DNA of 64,000 bases, taken from positions 1-64,000 of the IMG/VR virus record IMGVR_UViG_3300020050_010116. The stretch is one strand, 5' to 3'. The notes beneath the pieces were generated by a model. That model made no database searches, was not told the origin of the DNA, and was given only the letters and a program-made list of their open reading frames with translations. How positions within the stretch are numbered: position 1 is the first letter of the stretch; each line of letters begins with the position of its first letter. Below are positions 1 to 7,164 of this stretch, piece by piece. This DNA is from a virus. Its lineage: Duplodnaviria; Caudoviricetes. A program made the translations under genes and the position numbers.

Positions 1-2
1 AG

Positions 3-158
3 ACTGCAAGCACGGGCGCGTTTACACTGTCATACGCGAGCAGTACAGCGGATTTTCCGCTAGGCGAAGCGTATTTTGACGTTCGCATCACATTATCAGG
101 CGTGATTGATTATTCAGACACTGGCGTTATTAATATCGTTGATCGGGTGACAGTATGA
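3..158 (+). CDS. 5'-truncated ORF (window edge), BppU-N-like / tail-fibre adaptor C-terminal part
   Basis: Frame 3 is open from the edge: TASTGAFTLSYASSTADFPLGEAYFDVRITLSGVIDYSDTGVINIVDRVTV*. Its TGA (156-158) overlaps the ATG of the next gene (ATGA coupling). The G-x-x-Y-F-D-V-R-I pattern resembles BppU N-terminal-like domains (recognition by eye). Confidence 0.5.
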   Translation, partial: TASTGAFTLSYASSTADFPLGEAYFDVRITLSGVIDYSDTGVINIVDRVTV

Positions 159-1276
159 GTTTGCAGGTTGAGGTTGGGCGTACAGGGCTGTTTATCCAGA
201 TTGACGAAACCGTGTTAAATCTGAATACGTCGCAGATTACGGTTGTTAGTGGCAACGTCGAAACATTGAACGGTCAGACAGGCAGTTATTATCTTGACCG
301 GTCGAATCACACGGGCACGCAAGCGATTAGTACGATTGATAATTTGCAGGACGCGCTAGATTTAAAACTTGATGCTGCTGATTATAATGATCGGTTTTTG
401 GGATTATACGCATCCTTATTTGATCTGCAAGCGGCACACCCAACCGCATCAGCAGGCGATTATGCGCAGGTCGATCTAGGCATTGGGAGCGATGTGATTA
501 TTTACGCTTGGGATGTATCAGATAATCAATGGGCGGCGGTCGGTAGCAGCGCAATTGCTAATACCGACGCACTACCCGAAGGCTCAAGCAATCTATATTT
601 TACGACTCAGCGCGTCCGCGACGCCACACTAACCGGATTTACCCCAACAAACAGCGCGATTATATCAACAGATAATGTCGTGCAAGCGTTTGGCAAGGCG
701 CAGGGGCAGATTGATGGATTGGCGGAGGTTGCTACATCCGGTAGTTACTTGGACTTGTTAAATCGACCCGATATTGATGAGTCCAAATCATTAGTAGCTT
801 TTTCAGCATCAAACAAAGCCATCACAAGCAATGCAAACGCATCGATCTACAGCAGCGACAAAACTGCTTTTGACGCTGATGTTACGCTTGCAACAGCGCT
901 CTATACGACGTATGTATGCGAGATCGACTTATTGCTTGACTTCCCGACCAGCCAGCTGAACGAAGTCGGCGTGATGGCTTTTATAAATGGCGCGATTATC
1001 CCGCTCAGCACAGAAATGCAAATGACAGTAAGCGGTGTAAATAATGCGCACCTCTACAAGGTGCGCCTAGAGATTGCTAGATACAGCGGCAGTCGTCTTG
1101 GTGTGTCGGGATTTGGGCACGGACTAAATGGCGCTATAGTCACGTATTCGCGCGCGTCGTCATTTTATGGCAGTGCAACTTTTAATGTGTGCGTCAGATT
1201 TACGGGTACACCGCAGACAAACAATAAAATTATTGTCAAATCTGCACGACTGTACCAACTCAATAATGCGCCATGA
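155..1276 (+). CDS. Phage tail fibre / receptor-binding-like protein (higher-GC module)
   Basis: 373 aa with motifs common in phage fibres (YYLDRSNHTGTQAISTI, TDALPEGSSNLYFT, VATSGSYLDLLNRP) and a beta-rich C-terminal domain. It is followed by an assembly-chaperone-like gene. Confidence 0.7.
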   Translation: MSLQVEVGRTGLFIQIDETVLNLNTSQITVVSGNVETLNGQTGSYYLDRSNHTGTQAISTIDNLQDALDLKLDAADYNDRFLGLYASLFDLQAAHPTASAGDYAQVDLGIGSDVIIYAWDVSDNQWAAVGSSAIANTDALPEGSSNLYFTTQRVRDATLTGFTPTNSAIISTDNVVQAFGKAQGQIDGLAEVATSGSYLDLLNRPDIDESKSLVAFSASNKAITSNANASIYSSDKTAFDADVTLATALYTTYVCEIDLLLDFPTSQLNEVGVMAFINGAIIPLSTEMQMTVSGVNNAHLYKVRLEIARYSGSRLGVSGFGHGLNGAIVTYSRASSFYGSATFNVCVRFTGTPQTNNKIIVKSARLYQLNNAP

Positions 1277-1733
1277 TTGTGTATGATATCTTTACATAAG
1301 CACGGGAGCGAGCGATGAGTGCAGACAAAAGCGTATCGGCGATTCTAGCAGCAACTCACAAAACTGATTTGCTGCTGATCGGCTGCGGTATTGGCAATCG
1401 GTTAATGATGCCAGCCACGATGACATTAACGCTGCTATCGCTGGATACGTCGCACCCGTGCCTGATCTAACGCCGCGTCAGTTTAAAAGATTTTTTGTGT
1501 TGTCTGGTTTGGATGTTTTTATTGATCAGAGCTTGCCTGCGTTACGCGCCGCAAATCCTGAGCTGTATGCTGATGTTGTTAGTCAGTTGGATGGTGGTAC
1601 AGTTTATTTTTATGATGTTGCTGAGAGTTTTATGACTCAGTTATTGTATATTTTACCCAATGCGCCAACTGTCGATTTTGAGCAGTTAAAGCAGTTGTGG
1701 ATTGAGCAAGCTACACATCGTATTGCGGTTTAA
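1273..1733 (+). pseudogene. Tail-fibre assembly chaperone-like gene, apparently disrupted; intact 3' part is ORF 1458-1733
   Basis: ATG 1273 overlaps the fibre stop, but there is an in-frame TAA at 1297-1299 and a -1 frame change near 1368 is needed to join ...HKTD to FAADRLRYWQ...VAPVPDLTPRQFKRFF. The LTPRQF motif is typical of small fibre-assembly proteins. Confidence 0.45.
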
Positions 1734-1777
1734 GTTTGTGTAATCAGTGTTCTTATTACGCAGGTAGTTATCTATAG

Positions 1778-2155
1778 CAAACAAGAACTTATTGTAAAGA
1801 TTTAAGTTTAGATGCTGAGATAAACGATTTAACTAGTCTATATGGTTTACAAAAAGCTGTTAAAGAAAGATATGAAGCCAGAGAGTTTATTTTTGATGAA
1901 ATTAAATCTTACACTAATGCAATTATATTACAAGTCTATGCGCAACAAGGTAAGACTTACGAACAGGTACTATTAGAGGGTGGTAGTTTTTGGCGTGATT
2001 ACTCTGCAGAAATTAGCTCTTGGTGTCACATTGGTGGTATCCCTATCATAAGTGATAAACTTAATGCTGACACGAGTTATAGTTTTCTAGACTTACCTTC
2101 AGGATACCCAAACATGACTTTAAGACAATGGCTTATAGATAGGATTACATACTAA
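1778..2155 (+). pseudogene. Headless coding remnant (125 codons, no usable start codon), possibly the native fibre-associated gene
   Basis: The frame is open from after TAG 1775-1777 to TAA 2153-2155 (QTRTYCKDL...YEAREFIFDEIKSY...FWRDYSAEI...MTLRQWLIDRITY*). It has AT-rich native codon style and ends 1 nt before the next ATG. It was missed by the ORF track. Confidence 0.6.
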
Positions 2156-2156
2156 T

Positions 2157-2462
2157 ATGAGTGAAGAGGAAATCAATGGAGTCGGACCGGCTTGGTTTCC
2201 AAAAAAATTGAGGGAAGCTTTAACTAAGTTCTCCCTCGTTTTTTTCGATACTGCCAGTTGGAATAAACACGACACAGCTTACACTAAAGGAGGCTACTTA
2301 AAAGATAAAATAGCTTCTGATGTACAATTTTTAAAAGATTTATTAAAAGAAACAAGCAGAAAAAAACTTCCAATAGCAGTGATCGGAATTCCTTTAGCAT
2401 TTGTATACTTCCTTTCGGTACTTCTGTTTGGATTCTCTGCATACAATTTTATTTATTTGTGA
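2157..2462 (+). CDS. Small HDxxY-motif protein (DUF1353/phospholipase A2-like pattern) with C-terminal hydrophobic helix
   Basis: NGVGP...KHDTAYTKGG...DVQFL matches the NGCG...HDxxY..GG...AD..F pattern. It ends in LPIAVIGIPLAFVYFLSVLLFGF and lies directly before the endolysin. Confidence 0.55.
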   Translation: MSEEEINGVGPAWFPKKLREALTKFSLVFFDTASWNKHDTAYTKGGYLKDKIASDVQFLKDLLKETSRKKLPIAVIGIPLAFVYFLSVLLFGFSAYNFIYL

Positions 2463-2471
2463 GGACAAGAA

Positions 2472-3014
2472 ATGACACAACCGTTACAACAAGATTATGT
2501 ATTTCTAAATAAAGAGACAGGCCCTAGAGTTATTAAAGAAGCTCTAACTCTTTTAGGTGTTAAAGAAGTAGTAGGTGAAAAACACAATGCCCAAATACTA
2601 GGTTGGGCAAAAGAATTAGGATTAGCTCGTATTTACAGTTCAGATGAAATCCCTTGGTGTGGTTTATTCATCGCATACGTTGTTAAACAAGCTGATTTTA
2701 CTCCAGTGGTTGACCCTCTATGGGCTAGAAACTGGGTTAAGTTTGGAACAAAACAAGAAGTAGCTATGCTAGGTGATATCTTAGTATTCTCAAGAGGAGC
2801 GACAGGAGGTCACGTAGGTTTATATGTAGCTGAAGATGCAACATGCTACCACGTATTAGGAGGTAATCAAGGTAATAAAGTATCAATCGTACGTATTGAA
2901 AAATCGAGATGTATTGGCATTAGACGCTGTCCTTGGAAAGTTGCTCAACCAGTAAACGTACGTCAAGTAAAAGTAAAAGTTATTAACGGTATCGTATCTA
3001 AAGATGAATCTTGA
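2472..3014 (+). CDS. TIGR02594-family NlpC/P60-type peptidoglycan hydrolase (probable endolysin)
   Basis: DEIPWC(63)GLF, GDILVFSRG, GGHVG and VLGGNQ are the signature motifs, and the Cys/His catalytic residues are intact. Confidence 0.9.
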   Translation: MTQPLQQDYVFLNKETGPRVIKEALTLLGVKEVVGEKHNAQILGWAKELGLARIYSSDEIPWCGLFIAYVVKQADFTPVVDPLWARNWVKFGTKQEVAMLGDILVFSRGATGGHVGLYVAEDATCYHVLGGNQGNKVSIVRIEKSRCIGIRRCPWKVAQPVNVRQVKVKVINGIVSKDES

Positions 3015-3447
3015 TGAGTCTACTGTAGACTTGATAAGAAACACCAGAGCGTTGTATAATAGTAGAGAAGAAAATTACAAAGGAAGACTTGTAATTGGGT
3101 GGGAACATGAGTTAACTCAGACAGAGTTAAAAAATGGTCTTACATATTTATCAAGAGAAGACTCTGATAAATTATTAATAAGAGATTTAAAAAGAATCTG
3201 TGCTAAACTAAATAAAGAACACATTCCTTGCAACAATCTTTCTCAACAACAATACAATGCTTTAGTGTCTTTAATATACGATGTAGGGTTACATTCTGTT
3301 AAATTATCAGGTTTATTTGAATTAATAAACAACGGTTCTTATACAGAAGCCGGAGCTCTTTTTAGAAAATGGAATACTTATTTAAAACAACGTATATATA
3401 AGCTAACTAAACTAAGAAAATTAGAAATAGACTTATTTAATACTTAA
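3004..3447 (+). CDS. GH24 phage lysozyme homolog with substituted catalytic triad
   Basis: IGWEH, LSQQQYNALVSLIYDVG, LINNGSYTEAGALFRKWN and LRKLEIDLF match GH24 lysozymes. The E-x8-D-x5-T positions read R15/N24/V30. Confidence 0.8.
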   Translation: MNLDESTVDLIRNTRALYNSREENYKGRLVIGWEHELTQTELKNGLTYLSREDSDKLLIRDLKRICAKLNKEHIPCNNLSQQQYNALVSLIYDVGLHSVKLSGLFELINNGSYTEAGALFRKWNTYLKQRIYKLTKLRKLEIDLFNT

Positions 3448-3460
3448 AGGTTTTATATAC

Positions 3461-4753
3461 ATGGATAAGCAAGCAAAAATTCAAGACATTTTTAAAAGAG
3501 CAGAAGAAGCTGCGAAAGCAAAAAAATTACAAGAAACAAAAATAGAAGTAGTAGAAGATACTGCAGACGAATCACCTTCCCACTCATTGCCAGTAGAGTA
3601 CGTTACAGCTTCTGGCATAATGGTGAATTCAAAAGACATCATGACAAATACAAGTTTTTTAAATAAATTAAATTTAAATAACAATGCGTATGACGATCTT
3701 AAGTTTACAAAAGAACAAGCATTAAAGATACAAACCGAAATGGCAAGGATGACTGCAGGGGTTATTAGTGTAACCCCGTTAACTTGCCTAGGACCTGATT
3801 GCATGTTCGCTAAAACGTGTATTGCGCAGGGCACTGAAATTCTTACCTACAGCAGCAAGAATGGTTATAAAAAAATTGAAGATATTGTTGAAGGAGACAT
3901 AATTTATTCCTTCAACAAAGACACTAAAAAGATTGAACACGACTATGTTGAAAAACTAAGTTATATGGGTATTAAAGAAACATACCGTATTACAACTCAT
4001 ACAGGTTTAACACTTAAGTGTACTGCTGATCATCCAATATTAACTTCAATCAATGATAAGCTAATCTATCAATCTATTGATGAAGGTTTAGGGGAAGGAT
4101 CTCAAGTGTACATTTCTGATACAGATGGTACTATGGATGACTTAATTGATTCTTATGGTGATTTGTTAATTGACGTTATAGAAGATGTAGAGTACTTAGG
4201 TAAAGATGAAGTATACGACATAACAGTAAGAAACAACCATAACTTTTTTGCTAATAATATCAACGTCCATAATTGTCCTCTAAATCAAGAAAAAAGAGCT
4301 CCTATTGGAAAAGATTGTTGGTTAGAAGTAAACCAAATTAAGTACTGGATGGAAAAATACATAGAAGAATTCCAAGTAGACGGTTCCTCACTTACAGATT
4401 TACACATGATATCAAGACTATGTGAATATGATGTGTTAGAGATGAGAGCTACTAAGTATTTAAAAGAACACGATCAAGCATTACTAACAGATTTTATCTC
4501 TTCTTATGACGAAGCAGGCAATCCAATAAGTAATAAAGCTTTATCCCCTGCTTTTGAACTCAAAGAAAGAATAGATCGTATGCGTTCAAAAACTCTTAAA
4601 GAATTAATGGCAACACGAGAAGCTAAAGCTAAATTAATAGATGCAGCTAAAGTCTCAAATGCTTCAAATAACTTAAGCGCACTTAAAGAACAACTAGAGC
4701 AACTTATTAAAAATAAAGCACAGATTATAGATGTAACTCCAGCTAAGGACTAA
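3461..4753 (+). CDS. Intein-containing Cys4 Zn-finger protein, candidate terminase small subunit or other packaging-related protein (function uncertain)
   Basis: After intein removal it reads TCLGPDCMFAKT-CPLNQEKRAPIGKDCWLE, followed by a helical C-terminus. It lies beside a head-completion nuclease and upstream of TerL. The TerS assignment is positional inference only. Confidence 0.6.
   Translation: MDKQAKIQDIFKRAEEAAKAKKLQETKIEVVEDTADESPSHSLPVEYVTASGIMVNSKDIMTNTSFLNKLNLNNNAYDDLKFTKEQALKIQTEMARMTAGVISVTPLTCLGPDCMFAKTCIAQGTEILTYSSKNGYKKIEDIVEGDIIYSFNKDTKKIEHDYVEKLSYMGIKETYRITTHTGLTLKCTADHPILTSINDKLIYQSIDEGLGEGSQVYISDTDGTMDDLIDSYGDLLIDVIEDVEYLGKDEVYDITVRNNHNFFANNINVHNCPLNQEKRAPIGKDCWLEVNQIKYWMEKYIEEFQVDGSSLTDLHMISRLCEYDVLEMRATKYLKEHDQALLTDFISSYDEAGNPISNKALSPAFELKERIDRMRSKTLKELMATREAKAKLIDAAKVSNASNNLSALKEQLEQLIKNKAQIIDVTPAKD
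3818..4273 (+). mobile_element. Mini-intein (152 aa, no homing endonuclease)
   Basis: Block A CIAQGTEI starts at Cys120, block B is LKCTADHPIL (TxxH), block F is VYDITV and block G is HNFFANNINVHN followed by +1 Cys. No LAGLIDADG motifs are present. Confidence 0.93.
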
Positions 4754-4757
4754 TACT

Positions 4758-5279
4758 ATGTTAAAGAAACCAATAACATCACAAGAAGAAAGAGTATTAG
4801 TTAAATCACTAGCTAAGAAGAAAAAGAAAGTAAACGTTTACTTTAATAAGAGTAAGAATGGCACGCCAAAATATTTTAACGGCGATTTCTATTCTAAAAA
4901 GAATGATGAAGTATTCAAGTACAGATCTTCTTACGAATTAGCTTATTTCCATCAACTAGAGGAAGATGAAAAAGTTCAGAATTATATGTACGAACCTTTT
5001 GAAGTAGCTTATGTAGATTTCTACAAACAACAAAGAAATTATAGACCTGACTTAATGATCCTACATACAGACGGTTCAATAGTAATTGCTGAAATTAAGC
5101 CAAGTACAATGTTAGGCGATTTTGATGTACAAGCTAAAGCAGCAGCAGCTAGAAAGTTTATTAAAGAGCACTACAAAGATATAGATATAACTTACAGATT
5201 TATTACTGAAAAAACTATCTTTGTTAACAATACGGAATACATTAATTTTCTTAATAAAATAAAGCAAGAGAACAAGTGA
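4758..5279 (+). CDS. TnsA-N / T4 gp4-like PD-(D/E)XK head-completion nuclease
   Basis: YRSSYE, YEPFEVAY, YRPDL and IAEIKP motifs. Confidence 0.8.
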   Translation: MLKKPITSQEERVLVKSLAKKKKKVNVYFNKSKNGTPKYFNGDFYSKKNDEVFKYRSSYELAYFHQLEEDEKVQNYMYEPFEVAYVDFYKQQRNYRPDLMILHTDGSIVIAEIKPSTMLGDFDVQAKAAAARKFIKEHYKDIDITYRFITEKTIFVNNTEYINFLNKIKQENK

Positions 5280-5292
5280 AGGAAACTAGCAT

Positions 5293-7164
5293 ATGTCTAC
5301 TATAAAAATAGGTAACAGAGATTTTTGGGAAGAAGCTTATCAAATATGTAGCGGACATATAGCTGCAATAGAAAAGAATAAAGTAAGAAGCATTATTAAA
5401 GAACCAACTCCCTTTGAGGAATTAAAAGACTATCCAATAGATCTTTCCAGTATCAATAGTTCTTTTGAGAAAAAAGCTACATCGGATGTTAAGACAAGTA
5501 CAAAGCAATTTCAAACAAATGAAATGAACTCTCCTTTAATACCTACATTTTATGAAACACCTCCTAGCGTACTGGCTAACTCAACTAAAAATAAAAATGT
5601 TAAAGTACATGAGGAAAAAGTACTTGGTGTTGAAGATAATGATCTAGATCTGTCTGGTATTCCTGAACGACTCAGACAATTAGAAGCTAACAAGGAAGGC
5701 CTTCCAGTACAAAATCTCCAAGGTATAGCAGCGACACAAGGAGTTCAATTAGAAGACGTACTAAGATTACCTAGTAAGTTGCCTTCCTTAGGTAATAAAA
5801 AGACATTTAAGAATATAGGTTTAAGTTTATTAACAGCAGCGTCTATAATAGGCGGAGGACATTTATTAAATACAAACAGTGCTATAAAATTAACAGCAAA
5901 ACAAGATTCTATTGGCGCTAGTACTCAACTACCTACGAAAATTGGCAATAGAATAACCGAAGATCTTTTAAAATATAGGCTGGATAAGCAAGGTGTATCT
6001 CCTCTTGCACAAAGTATTGCTGTAAAAAATTATGAAATTTTAGAACAAGCATTTAAAGGGAATGTTAATAAACAAGAAGGTGCTTTAGTTAATCTTTTTG
6101 GAGAAAAATCTTCATTACACACCTCTACCGACAACATCGGAAGAGTCAGAGGGTACAATGTTATCGGAGGACATGGTGACACACAGACAGATGGTAACTA
6201 CATGTGGGTAGGCTATACACCAGATGAAGCAAAAAAATTCAAAGGCCAAGTTGGTAGAAAAATAACCCCAGAAGAAGCTTACCAAATAATGGTAAAGTCC
6301 CCTGATTATGATCCTACCTTGCCTACAATTATTCTAAACTGTGAGGCTGCTAAAGGCTCTTTTGCTAAAAAATTTGCAAAGGCATCAAAGCAACCAGTTA
6401 TAGCTGCCACAGAGGAAATGATATTTAACCCTAATTCCGCTAGTACCTGGGGCACTTTTTCAACTATTTTTAAGGAAGGTTCTTCTGTAATAAATTGGAA
6501 AAACCCAGGGAAGATTTTAAAATACGATAGTACTGGATCTGTAGTTCCAACCTCGAACTTAGAAACACAAGGTCTTAGAACTGCGAGCCTTATATTAAAA
6601 AATCAAAAAACGCCTATAACGCCAGAAGTAGCAAAAAAAATACAGTTAAACTCTAAACTGGCGTATTCAAACAACGCTAAAAAGCCTGCTGGAAGCTACA
6701 CTAATTATTTCGGAGACGGGACTTCAATACAACACTCTTCTGCAGAAATTTCAGCCAGAGGTGGCTTTAACATAGTAGTAGGACACGCTTCCCCTGACGG
6801 CATGTTTAAAGGCTCCTTAGCTCACGAGATACAAGATGAAGCGTTAACTACAAAAGGCAAAAAAGTTGGAAAATATGTTAGTACAAAACAACTGGCAACA
6901 GACATAAGAAAATCCGACGGTTATAATAAAGATTTGCCAGTATTTGTTTACGGCTGCAGGTATGCACAATCCAAACAGTTTGCTGCTTTAGCTAAAGAGC
7001 TAAAAACTCCTGTGTATGCTTTTACAGAAAGAGGCTTCGGTACTTTAGGCACTTTTGCTAAAAATTCTAAAACAGGGTTAGCGATATTCGATAAACCAGG
7101 GGATATTTTAAAAGCAACCCCTGATGGTAAAATAGTTCCTATGACTTTAGAGGATCTTAAATGA
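5293..7164 (+). CDS. Protein with two tandem caspase-like (His-Cys dyad) peptidase domains, putative virion/ejected protein
   Basis: Domain 1: VIGGH(294)G...PTIILNC(350)...AKKFAKASKQPVIAAT. Domain 2: IVVGH(498)A...PVFVYGC(555)...AALAKELKTPVYAFT. An internal hydrophobic segment reads IGLSLLTAASIIGGG. Confidence 0.6.
   Translation: MSTIKIGNRDFWEEAYQICSGHIAAIEKNKVRSIIKEPTPFEELKDYPIDLSSINSSFEKKATSDVKTSTKQFQTNEMNSPLIPTFYETPPSVLANSTKNKNVKVHEEKVLGVEDNDLDLSGIPERLRQLEANKEGLPVQNLQGIAATQGVQLEDVLRLPSKLPSLGNKKTFKNIGLSLLTAASIIGGGHLLNTNSAIKLTAKQDSIGASTQLPTKIGNRITEDLLKYRLDKQGVSPLAQSIAVKNYEILEQAFKGNVNKQEGALVNLFGEKSSLHTSTDNIGRVRGYNVIGGHGDTQTDGNYMWVGYTPDEAKKFKGQVGRKITPEEAYQIMVKSPDYDPTLPTIILNCEAAKGSFAKKFAKASKQPVIAATEEMIFNPNSASTWGTFSTIFKEGSSVINWKNPGKILKYDSTGSVVPTSNLETQGLRTASLILKNQKTPITPEVAKKIQLNSKLAYSNNAKKPAGSYTNYFGDGTSIQHSSAEISARGGFNIVVGHASPDGMFKGSLAHEIQDEALTTKGKKVGKYVSTKQLATDIRKSDGYNKDLPVFVYGCRYAQSKQFAALAKELKTPVYAFTERGFGTLGTFAKNSKTGLAIFDKPGDILKATPDGKIVPMTLEDLK

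Noticed and set aside
1775-1777. In-frame TAG plus no gene in the window ending in TAG, suggesting amber recoding
   Set aside because: More than 60 kb of long ORFs are open in the standard code with no internal TAG, whereas a recoded phage would show fragmented late genes. TAG is a rare stop in AT-rich genomes, and a truncation or error explains the single case.
4758-5279. TnsA-like domain as evidence of a Tn7-like transposon
   Set aside because: There are no tnsB/C/D genes or terminal repeats. The location among packaging genes fits a gp4-like head-completion nuclease.
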